64,000 nt of DNA from a virus, in the IMG/VR virus record IMGVR_UViG_3300042558_005646; one strand, 5' to 3'. The position numbers and the translations under genes are program-made. A model generated the notes under the pieces. It was given only the letters and a program-made list of their open reading frames with translations. It was not told the origin of the DNA and ran no database searches. Numbering within the stretch: the stretch's first letter is position 1; each line of letters opens with the position of its first letter. This document shows, piece after piece, positions 21,277 through 30,551 of the stretch.

Positions 21277-24200
21277 TATACTTTTGGTCTCCTAATTGCA
21301 TTCCACTTAACTTCAGGTTGAGTTATGTTATTACCAAAATCTCTGAATTTTATTTCAACTTTCTTAACTCCATCGCTTTCGCCTGCAAAATCTACCTTGA
21401 CATATGGAGAATAAGGTATCCATTCTGACCAATCACCATTACCTGTGTCTAAAAGTCTTCTTATTTGAAAATCCTTAATACCTGTAACTATGTCAGTACC
21501 ATCTATCTTCATCCAAGATTGAGGAAGATTAGATATAATGGTTTCTTGATTGGTTTTTGGATCAAAGAAATTCACTGTTCCATAAGGTGCTTGAGTATCT
21601 ACTAGTGCTTGAGAAGTAGCAACAAAAGTTAATGGATTGGATTCTGAAATATTTCCCATGTAATCCATCAATTGAACCCAAATTTTTCTTTGTCCAGAAA
21701 ATCCAATATTTTGATTATCGAATGCTGTATTCTTTGGTCCAAGGGCATAATAATTTAAGTGACCATACAGATATAAATAGTATGAATTTTCTGTGTTGAC
21801 TATAAATTTATCCCAAGGAAGCCAAGGAGTATAATTTATAAATGAGTTATCAATTTCTTTTCCTACTCTAAAAGCAAGAATTCCAGACTCATTATCCTCT
21901 GCTTGAATAGATAACTGCACCATTCTCAAAGTAGACTCTGTAGCAACCAGAATATTAGGAACATCTCCAGAGTATAGTGGTGGATTTACATCTACTTGAG
22001 ATGGACTACTTAATTTTGTTGAATAGCTAGAAATATTTCCATGAGATACTGCTCTTACTCTATATTGAATTGAGTTTTTATGAGTCAAATTCTTAGTTTT
22101 TTCTTCATATCTAACGTGAAGTTTATGCCAAAGATTGTTTGCTCTTCTGTATCCTGAAAATTCTGCATTTTGTATGAAATCTACATCAGAAAGTTCTATT
22201 CCATTTGCTCTACCCAATGCTGAATTAAATGGAACTGTTATAGCCACCCAAATCACATCAGATTGTGTTATGTTTTGGTTCCAATCTGAATCTGCCAACT
22301 GAACTTGGATAAGATTATTATTCGGACTATTATTGAAGCCAGCTACAAATGGATTGTATAAAACAGATTTCCAAGAAGTAAGTGGATTGCTATAATCTGG
22401 CAAAGATCCTAAATTCTTAAAAAATCTTATCTTAAGTTCGTTCATTGGAAATGGTTTGTCGTATCCATTCCAATGTAGCTTGAATTCAAATAATTTTGGT
22501 TTTGTTGTTGTGATAAAGCTTGATATTTCACCAACAGTAATAGATTTAAAGAATGTAGTGCTTATAAATTTATCAACAAGATTGCCATTAAAAGTTACTT
22601 GTGATTTGTACCAATTAGTGTCTGCATTTACAGTTCCGCCAGTAATTCTTAACGGGACATTATAATTTGTGGAAGTTAAAGCAAATCCAGAAACAGACTT
22701 GACATAAACTCCATTTTCAGTATTGTCAATTTGATCTTTGACAAGAATTTTACTTCCGACTGCCAATGAAGAAAGTGCAGTGCCATCAATTGTCAAAGAT
22801 GTAATATTTGCAATTGTTATATTTGAGCCTGTTGTTGTTAAGGAGATTGTATCTGGTGTTGGTTCTACTGCTGTAAATAATAAATCAGATGTGCTCAATG
22901 TAATTGGATCTGGAGTAGAAAGATACCATTTTGTACTTGCTATTGTAAAGTCTTGTGGAATTCTAACCATCATACCTGAGTAAACTTCTGCGCTAGTATC
23001 CATTTCAGGAACTCGTGCTAATCTCCAGGTTGTTGTAGCAGTACCAACTCTTGTCTGATAATAAACTCCATTATGTGCAGTTGTTCCTTGACCAGCAACA
23101 AAAATATAATCAGTAGTCGAGGTAACGTATCCGCCATTCAAGACTAACGTTCCCGCAGTACCAGCAGAAAGCACATTTGATGAATATGTTGGTGTATTTG
23201 GTAAAGCACTGAAAGTATAATTGGTAGCATCTAGTGTAAGTTTTGGTAATGTGTTGGCTGTTTCATATTGATAATCAATTAAATCAGTCAAGCCACTTAA
23301 TAATTTCTGACCTAAATAATGTTTTGAATTTGTAGACCCTTCGTCGCTCAATAAGAATGTCTTAATTGTGCTATCGTTGTCAAATTGTTCTTTATAAAAA
23401 TTAGGAATACCAGACCATTTAAGATCTTGGAAGTAAGTAGATCCATCATTATTATAAGAACTTTTACGAACACCAAATCCAACAAAATATCCTAATCCAG
23501 ATGTGTTTGAATTAATAGGCAAAAGCATATCAACAGCACCAACAAGATTAATACCATTACCTGTTATCTCTTTGACTAATAAATAAGTGCCGGTATAAGT
23601 CTTATTCTTAAATCTACCAGTGAATGAATTTGGAAGTTGTTCAGTAATTTCAAAAACAAATTTTGTGACATCAGCTTGTGGTTGATAAGATCTTAAAACT
23701 TGTCTTCTTAATTTATTGTCTTCGCTTCTATATGAAACAGAAATTTCATTTTTTTCACCGCTAAACTTTACTAAAATTGTTGGAGCATTTAGTGGAGCAT
23801 CAGTATAAGCAAATCCATCATCACATCTTACACCGAAAGGTCTATCCCAATTTACTGTCAAGCTATTTTGAGTATGGGACCTATACGAAGACACTGAGCT
23901 GAATGCTACGTAAACATCATCTGATCCGTGCTTAAATGCAAATTCAAATCTGCTTCTGTTGCTTAGTGATGGTTTATATAATTGAAGTTCATAGTGCAAA
24001 GGAACAGAATATGAATTGGTGCTATCAAGTTTATCTACTTCATATAAAATAGAAGTGATGTTTGTAGTGAAAGTTACATCAGAAGGAGCATCAGTAAGAA
24101 CAATAAATTCTTCATTAACAGCATCATTCCATCCATATTCAATTTCAGTTACTGGAGCATTGATAAGTGAAATATCATCATTGGTACAGTCGCCAATATC

Positions 24201-25631
24201 TGCAGAGAGCTTTGACTTACCTTGAGCTAAAAATAATTCTTCAACAACTAACCCACCAGAGAATGTAGACCCAGTTGCTTGTGAAATTTGATAGCCAAAA
24301 GCACTTCCGACTGACGAACTGCCAAAAGATGCCAAGATAGCATTACCTAGCAAATAACTCTTTCTTGAAACTACTGATTGATCTAAATATGGTGTGAAAT
24401 ATGTTTCAACCATGCATAAGTTTGTAGTACCCATAGAAGAGTAATACATTTCCATCAAACCGCCAGATTGAAGCAATGGAAGAATACTATGAGGCAGAGT
24501 GGTTATTTGTTTATTTGCGCTATCTGAACCATTAATTCTAGTGTAAAGATATGCTATTGGATTATCATTATTTGGAATATCTACTCTACAAACAATTTCA
24601 TTTCCATTTGCACTAGTATCAGGAGCAGAGTAAAGTTTTAAAAATGCTTGTGATGTTACAGCAATTCCTGATGTTGTAAATGAAAATCCAGCTTGTGTGT
24701 AATAGTCTGTCTTACTTGTTGATGGTGTAAGCTTGGTTTTACTGTAGAAAAATACACCTTTGCCATAACTTGCACTAGTAAGACCAATATTTGCACCTAA
24801 TGATAAAGACGAAGCATTGTAGTTTCCATCAAAGTATCTATATGCAGTGAGTGTTGTTGATGCTATGGATGCTGATGGTATAAGAGTTCTTTTGGTAGTA
24901 TTTTTCGCTGAGTATGCATCATAAGTTCCACCAGTGTTTGAAATTTCATAAACACTAGCTACATATCTGCCTATTCCAGTTGTTTCAGTTTGAGCAGATA
25001 CTTGGTTGCCACTTACAAAAGAAAGAAGTGTATTTTTTCCAACATAACCAGATTTAGCACTTGGTATCTCTGGAAAATCAGGATTTACAGGTATTTCGCC
25101 TTCCCATCTAATCTGATCAAAAATACCATAACCCATTGGATACTCAATATCAGTACCATTTGGGCCTTCTAATATGGCTTTCATATAGACAGTAGAAAGA
25201 CCACCAGATGCGCTTAAAGGCCAGTTGTAGACCTTAAACAACCCAGTTCCACCCGCAGTAGGGGTAGCCATAGTTCCTTGGTTTAATGTATTGTCAAAGA
25301 AATAGAGTGGGTTGAGAGTGTATTCATAATCATAAGTTGGATCGAATACATAAGAGTTTGAAGGCCAAGTTTGGATTGCGACAGTTGCTACAGGATCAAA
25401 TTCTGGATCATTGGATAAATAAAGAGTTTTGATTCTGCGTAAATATGTTAATTCACGAGTGCCACTATCTCTTACTTCAAAGCTAAAAGTAAGAGTATTT
25501 CTATTATTATCAAGCGTAGGATCTTTGGAATAAGAATTACTAGTGTAAGGCTGACCTAGATTAATAAATTCAGATTGTAGATATCCGCTTGTAAGATTGT
25601 TTGGTAAAATTATTGTAACGTTATATGGCAC
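21276..25631 (-). CDS. Virion structural protein with two fibre modules and C-terminal Ig-like repeats (1451 aa)
   Basis: GTG start with GGTGG 6 nt upstream; modules FVAGQGTTAHNGVY and ILVKDQIDNTENGVY; C-terminal repeats GQRKIWVQLMDYMGN and DGVKKVEIKFRDFGN. Confidence 0.6.
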   Translation of the reverse strand: MPYNVTIILPNNLTSGYLQSEFINLGQPYTSNSYSKDPTLDNNRNTLTFSFEVRDSGTRELTYLRRIKTLYLSNDPEFDPVATVAIQTWPSNSYVFDPTYDYEYTLNPLYFFDNTLNQGTMATPTAGGTGLFKVYNWPLSASGGLSTVYMKAILEGPNGTDIEYPMGYGIFDQIRWEGEIPVNPDFPEIPSAKSGYVGKNTLLSFVSGNQVSAQTETTGIGRYVASVYEISNTGGTYDAYSAKNTTKRTLIPSASIASTTLTAYRYFDGNYNASSLSLGANIGLTSASYGKGVFFYSKTKLTPSTSKTDYYTQAGFSFTTSGIAVTSQAFLKLYSAPDTSANGNEIVCRVDIPNNDNPIAYLYTRINGSDSANKQITTLPHSILPLLQSGGLMEMYYSSMGTTNLCMVETYFTPYLDQSVVSRKSYLLGNAILASFGSSSVGSAFGYQISQATGSTFSGGLVVEELFLAQGKSKLSADIGDCTNDDISLINAPVTEIEYGWNDAVNEEFIVLTDAPSDVTFTTNITSILYEVDKLDSTNSYSVPLHYELQLYKPSLSNRSRFEFAFKHGSDDVYVAFSSVSSYRSHTQNSLTVNWDRPFGVRCDDGFAYTDAPLNAPTILVKFSGEKNEISVSYRSEDNKLRRQVLRSYQPQADVTKFVFEITEQLPNSFTGRFKNKTYTGTYLLVKEITGNGINLVGAVDMLLPINSNTSGLGYFVGFGVRKSSYNNDGSTYFQDLKWSGIPNFYKEQFDNDSTIKTFLLSDEGSTNSKHYLGQKLLSGLTDLIDYQYETANTLPKLTLDATNYTFSALPNTPTYSSNVLSAGTAGTLVLNGGYVTSTTDYIFVAGQGTTAHNGVYYQTRVGTATTTWRLARVPEMDTSAEVYSGMMVRIPQDFTIASTKWYLSTPDPITLSTSDLLFTAVEPTPDTISLTTTGSNITIANITSLTIDGTALSSLAVGSKILVKDQIDNTENGVYVKSVSGFALTSTNYNVPLRITGGTVNADTNWYKSQVTFNGNLVDKFISTTFFKSITVGEISSFITTTKPKLFEFKLHWNGYDKPFPMNELKIRFFKNLGSLPDYSNPLTSWKSVLYNPFVAGFNNSPNNNLIQVQLADSDWNQNITQSDVIWVAITVPFNSALGRANGIELSDVDFIQNAEFSGYRRANNLWHKLHVRYEEKTKNLTHKNSIQYRVRAVSHGNISSYSTKLSSPSQVDVNPPLYSGDVPNILVATESTLRMVQLSIQAEDNESGILAFRVGKEIDNSFINYTPWLPWDKFIVNTENSYYLYLYGHLNYYALGPKNTAFDNQNIGFSGQRKIWVQLMDYMGNISESNPLTFVATSQALVDTQAPYGTVNFFDPKTNQETIISNLPQSWMKIDGTDIVTGIKDFQIRRLLDTGNGDWSEWIPYSPYVKVDFAGESDGVKKVEIKFRDFGNNITQPEVKWNAIRRPKV

Positions 25632-25688
25632 TTGTAACCACCGCTAAACAGGGAATATTAAAATATTCTTTGCCAGCCGTTTTGAACC

Positions 25689-26654
25689 CTATAAAAGTTG
25701 AAAATCAAACTGGAAAGGTATTGATTTTTGTACAGTTAAAGGGCAATGTACGTCGAAATACATAAATCCATCTACATAATCAATATTATTAAATCTTCCC
25801 TGTTTGTAGAAAGTGAATGATGCAGAATAGACCGAAATGTCGTTAGTTGTATCAGCAGAAACAAAATACATATCTACATAAACTGGAGCTTTGACTGTAT
25901 CCAACCCATTAGGAAGATAAACCTTGAGCTGTAATTTTGGAGATATGTCGCCAGTTGATAATGTATTTTCAATAACAGTATTACAAACAATCTTGAAATA
26001 AATTGTTTTTGAAGTTGGCCCCAATCCAGTATTGTAATAGACAATATCATCAGTTAAAGAATTTGTATCAATTAATGCTGGAACAGTTGATATAACTGGG
26101 TTTCCTTGTCTTACTGGTCTTGGAGTAGAAAAGGCAAGATCATCATAGCTTCCAATTGAAAATTCAGGCATTTTGCAAGTATCATCAATGAGAAATGAAT
26201 TAGTTGCAGTGAAAGATCTAAAACTCTGCGATTGAAAATTATTTGCAAAAGAACTTAATTCAGAAACTTTGATAGTTTGTTCTGATTTATCAAGAATGAG
26301 TAGAAGAGTATCATTTGATTCAAAACTATATTTGGTAGTTTGAAAATCAATTACATAATCTTTGTTGCCTCTTGAAAAAATAATATAATTATTGTGAATT
26401 TCTACAATTGAATCAAACTTAAACTTGACAGAAATAAATTGAATATAAGAGATAACTTTTTCAAAAGAAATTTCTAATATATTTTCTGACAATAAAATGT
26501 TAGCCACAGTTTGTTTTTTCATCAACAATCTGGCGCTTAAATCATTTTTACTAACTAAATAATTTTTGTCTGCAGAAATAAACTCAAAAGATAAATTATT
26601 TTCATCATCAATTATATTTATTATTGGTTTGTTATTATCTATTTGGATATTCAT
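25689..26654 (-). CDS. Hypothetical protein in the tail gene block (321 aa)
   Basis: Long ORF 3 nt downstream of the previous stop; no recognisable motif. Confidence 0.75.
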   Translation of the reverse strand: MNIQIDNNKPIINIIDDENNLSFEFISADKNYLVSKNDLSARLLMKKQTVANILLSENILEISFEKVISYIQFISVKFKFDSIVEIHNNYIIFSRGNKDYVIDFQTTKYSFESNDTLLLILDKSEQTIKVSELSSFANNFQSQSFRSFTATNSFLIDDTCKMPEFSIGSYDDLAFSTPRPVRQGNPVISTVPALIDTNSLTDDIVYYNTGLGPTSKTIYFKIVCNTVIENTLSTGDISPKLQLKVYLPNGLDTVKAPVYVDMYFVSADTTNDISVYSASFTFYKQGRFNNIDYVDGFMYFDVHCPLTVQKSIPFQFDFQLL

Positions 26655-26657
26655 ATT

Positions 26658-29600
26658 TTATTCCGATACCAAGATGTTGTCATTTGCAATAATTCTCATA
26701 CCTTTAGGATGAAATAATTCGTTGTTATCCCCCCAAGTAGACAAAATAGTGCCTGAGTTATTTACAAGGTGCAATCTTGAATTTGCTCCATAATTTATTA
26801 CATCATCAGTAAGTGCATAAAAGTTTGATAAATCTGAAGCTGGTCCAGGCAAAGCTTTTACTACATCATTATTAAAAGTAAGCTTTGTTTCAATATATCC
26901 ATTTGAAACATTATATACTTGTAATTTTCCAGTATCATTTGAGTCTATTGCTGGGCTTCCCAATAAAACATTTCCATTAGATAATAAGTAAGCTGACCCC
27001 AATTTATTATCATAGTAATTAACTATGTCTGAACTTATAGCCCATTGTAATGTTAAGTCAGTGTCATTTTTATAGCATAGAACTGATCTTGAATGAGGTT
27101 GGGCTAATATTATCAAAGAATTTATTTCATCGTACTGAACAGACACTGGATTGTAAATATTTGCAAAATGAATGGGCCCTTGCCACAAATCTAAAATTAT
27201 GTCATCAGATTGAGCATTTGGTCCGTACATAACAGAAGAAGATATAGTTCCATCTCCATTATAGTCCGTTACTGTATTTACAGTAGTTGTAGAAACTGCT
27301 AGTCCAGCTGCAATAGAAGATGTCCCTGTTATTGATGTACTTATACCCGCAACAAATTGTTCGGTTCTGTTTACAGATGATACTGTTGATGTTGGAATCG
27401 TAGCTGATAAAATTGTATTTGTATTTATAGAAAATCCAGAGTTTGTGAAGCAGCCTTTATCAAGTCTTATCTTTTTGGTAAGCGAATTTTTAAGTGCGAC
27501 AGATAATGCACGTCCTTCAACAGTGTCATCTATAGTAAAAACATAAGTTGAAGAATTGTCAAAAATTGGATCAAAATATTCACCTGAAAGTCTAGTGTCA
27601 TCCCCTCTCACAGATATATTGTCGTAATTAATGTAAATTTTTGTCAAATCTACAAAAGATATATTCTGAGAAAATGCAATAAATATTTTTCTTGTATCTG
27701 GATTGAATGAAGCTGATAATGCTACAAAATCTCTTGACAATAATCTTAATCTTATGTTGCCTTGAATTACTTTTGTAAAATTACCATCAATATCTGTCAA
27801 AATAATTCTATCGTTTTTGGTATCACAAATTATATTTCCACCATTTGGCAAAGATTGATAATCGGATGGATTGTCCAAACCATAATTTGTTGATTTCAGG
27901 AATATTTGATTTGGAGTTAAGTAATTTCTTAAAGTCCCAGCATCTATTCCGTCTTCAACTGTTGTTTCTAAAACATTACTAGCTGCAGAAATAAGATTAT
28001 TATTTCTAAGATACACCCAATTACCTACTTTAGATGTATCGTAAATTTTTAGGTAATTTGTATCGTCTGGATTTGTAACACCATACCCAGCATTTTTATT
28101 GTAATAAACATCACTTACCCAACCAAATTTTTGATTTGAGGTGTCAGTTAAGTTTCTGTCATATGCTCTAGTAGTGGCACTGCCAACAGTTGAATAATTT
28201 ATCTTGAGATTATTAACTGTAGGTGCAAGACTTTGGAATTCATTTGAATACAAAGAAAATAATACATCAAGATATCGTCCAGTACTAGAATTGGTGTTAG
28301 GCGTAGCTATAATAACATCAGATTCGGATACTGTCTTAAAATTATAGAATAAATCTGAACTTGTGTTAGATCTACTTTGAATTGTATATTTTGTGCCTGT
28401 AGGAACATCTATATCATATTGAATTTGATTGTATTGAGTATTGATATCGCCTGAATCAAATCTCAATAAAAAATTAGCATTTTTGTAAGTGTATAAATCG
28501 TTCCAAGTAAAGACAGATGATGATTGATCGTTTGCATTTCTTCTTGCTAATACTAAAGAATCATTATTTCCTGATGGATTTATCTGAGAATCTGTTGGAG
28601 TAATAAGCTCAAATTTAATTTGCTTTTCAGCATTCCAACCTTGATCAGTGGAGAAATAAAAACCAAATCCCAAAACAGATGACTTTAGACTATTATCACC
28701 AAATGTTGATAAATTCACAGATGAATAAGTGGCAGTTGAACCAGTAAATCCGTAAGTAGTATCATCAAAAATCTTAGTATTTGTTACTGGCGAGATATAT
28801 ATAGTTGATGCACCAGTGCCAGTATTTGGTGCAAAATTTATTTGTTGATCGTACAATAATCCTGGATCAGTATTACCATTGCCAACAACAAGGAACATAT
28901 AAATTTTTCCAAGTGCTGCCCCAGTTTCGCCCAATCCAGCTGAAAAGCCAAAACCTACTTTTGAATTATAGTCAAATGATTTTGGTTGATCAAATAAAGT
29001 ATATGCAAATAAACTTGTGTCTACTTTAACTTTATTTGAAGCATATGTTGTTGTAAATACAAGTCCAGTATCCCAATTTCCAGTAGTATCAAAAATACTT
29101 GATACTGGTTGAGAAAGAGTTGTGTAGTTTAATGGTGTGTCTATAGTGAAACTACCAGTAGTCGCAGATCCCGAAATATTCACATTACTATAAAATGAAT
29201 TTACGGATGATCCCAATGAAGAAGCTACTGTTTTGGCTTGCAAGAAATCATTTTTTACAACGAATGATTTATCACCAACAAAATTGCTTGATGTTACACT
29301 TCCACTTATACCCAGTCCTGAATTGTAAGGCGCTGTATCATAAATAGTTGCCAAAGTATACTGACTAGGCACAGATGAAGTTTGTTTGAAATTTGCTGAA
29401 TTTCCAGTTGCAGCATTTGTTGATGTGTTTGGATAAATGCCTGGAACATATGTGATAGTATTTATCTGAGTAGAGTCAATAAAAGTAAATCCAACTCCAC
29501 CAGTCTTTTTCAAAGCTACTAACATTTGCAATCTATTTGCAATTGACAAATCAGACATTTTATCATTTGCATCATTATTCACAACTGCCAACAAAGCTGT

Positions 29601-30323
29601 TTCTAGTTGATCATGAGTAAGATTGCCTTTACCTTCTAATGATGAGTGGTTGATAGTGGGTAATCTTGCAGAGTTGAGTACACCTGAAGTAATTTTTGAA
29701 GCGTCTACTGAAGAAATATTTTCGCTTGTAATTTGATTTTTAACTTCGCTAGTTAAATCTATGGGTGATGGGTTGCCAGATCCACCAATGTGTTTATGAT
29801 TTTTTATTAAATATGACAGAGATGAAAATAATGTAATATCTTGTCTTGTAGTTTCAAACAAAGATATAGCATTGGAAGCAACATTGATTTCTAAATATCC
29901 TAACGAAATATAATTAACACTATCATTTATTTCAGTTAGGGAAGTAACAAAATCAACGTCGCCTGTTATAGCAGTGTTGGCATTTTCATAAGCATAAACA
30001 TAGACTTTAGAAATTCCTACGTTTGTTGGAATAGTTGGCAGAGTTACATCTTTTGAAGATGATGTTTTGCCAGCTTTATAAGAGACAAAACCTTTACCTG
30101 AAGTAATAGTTATTTTTGTTAATCTAAATTCATTTGAGTAAGTTTGTATACGCCAAGATGGGATAGATGGATCGTCTTCAATAATTCCATTCTTGAAAAT
30201 TTGATATAGGTTGTACATTTGATTTTCAATAGCTTTAAAACGTAGCTCATCTAAATCAATGTTTTCTGATAAATCTTGGTTTGGTTCAATATATCCAAAC
30301 CCATAAATTGGTGTATTTCCCAT
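26658..30323 (-). CDS. Tail/baseplate-associated protein with an N-terminal anchor domain and a C-terminal beta-propeller (1221 aa)
   Basis: N-terminus parallels the 2857-aa protein (TPIYGFGY; HKHIGG...PIDL); DASKITSGVLNSARLP fibre-like motif; NHL-like blades PSDYQSLPNGGNIICDTKNDRII, SAYLLSNGNVLL and HPKGMRIIANDNILVSE. Confidence 0.6.
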   Translation of the reverse strand: MGNTPIYGFGYIEPNQDLSENIDLDELRFKAIENQMYNLYQIFKNGIIEDDPSIPSWRIQTYSNEFRLTKITITSGKGFVSYKAGKTSSSKDVTLPTIPTNVGISKVYVYAYENANTAITGDVDFVTSLTEINDSVNYISLGYLEINVASNAISLFETTRQDITLFSSLSYLIKNHKHIGGSGNPSPIDLTSEVKNQITSENISSVDASKITSGVLNSARLPTINHSSLEGKGNLTHDQLETALLAVVNNDANDKMSDLSIANRLQMLVALKKTGGVGFTFIDSTQINTITYVPGIYPNTSTNAATGNSANFKQTSSVPSQYTLATIYDTAPYNSGLGISGSVTSSNFVGDKSFVVKNDFLQAKTVASSLGSSVNSFYSNVNISGSATTGSFTIDTPLNYTTLSQPVSSIFDTTGNWDTGLVFTTTYASNKVKVDTSLFAYTLFDQPKSFDYNSKVGFGFSAGLGETGAALGKIYMFLVVGNGNTDPGLLYDQQINFAPNTGTGASTIYISPVTNTKIFDDTTYGFTGSTATYSSVNLSTFGDNSLKSSVLGFGFYFSTDQGWNAEKQIKFELITPTDSQINPSGNNDSLVLARRNANDQSSSVFTWNDLYTYKNANFLLRFDSGDINTQYNQIQYDIDVPTGTKYTIQSRSNTSSDLFYNFKTVSESDVIIATPNTNSSTGRYLDVLFSLYSNEFQSLAPTVNNLKINYSTVGSATTRAYDRNLTDTSNQKFGWVSDVYYNKNAGYGVTNPDDTNYLKIYDTSKVGNWVYLRNNNLISAASNVLETTVEDGIDAGTLRNYLTPNQIFLKSTNYGLDNPSDYQSLPNGGNIICDTKNDRIILTDIDGNFTKVIQGNIRLRLLSRDFVALSASFNPDTRKIFIAFSQNISFVDLTKIYINYDNISVRGDDTRLSGEYFDPIFDNSSTYVFTIDDTVEGRALSVALKNSLTKKIRLDKGCFTNSGFSINTNTILSATIPTSTVSSVNRTEQFVAGISTSITGTSSIAAGLAVSTTTVNTVTDYNGDGTISSSVMYGPNAQSDDIILDLWQGPIHFANIYNPVSVQYDEINSLIILAQPHSRSVLCYKNDTDLTLQWAISSDIVNYYDNKLGSAYLLSNGNVLLGSPAIDSNDTGKLQVYNVSNGYIETKLTFNNDVVKALPGPASDLSNFYALTDDVINYGANSRLHLVNNSGTILSTWGDNNELFHPKGMRIIANDNILVSE

Positions 30324-30550
30324 TACTTAATTTCTTGTGGCTTATAATCTGATGTTACTTTTTCAACGCCCCAGTTTGCATATCCCCAGCGTAAAACATC
30401 TTGCTCTTCTATTATATTATTTTTATTGACGTTAATAACTTGTAAGGCCTGAGTTACATTAGACCTCAACGTCAAACCTTGTTGCATATTAATAGTGTTC
30501 TGTCTTATCTGATCATTTATCACAAAAGATAGAGATTGAAATAATGGCAT
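30323..30550 (-). CDS. Small hypothetical protein (75 aa)
   Basis: GGGGGAG SD-like motif upstream, TAATG overlap downstream; contains RWGYANWG. Confidence 0.7.
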   Translation of the reverse strand: MPLFQSLSFVINDQIRQNTINMQQGLTLRSNVTQALQVINVNKNNIIEEQDVLRWGYANWGVEKVTSDYKPQEIK

Positions 30551-30551
30551 T

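Noticed and set aside
25653-25668. GAATATT-AA-AATATTC inverted repeat as a terminator
   Set aside because: The stem is short, almost all A/T with a 2-nt loop and no U-tract, which is expected by chance at this AT content.
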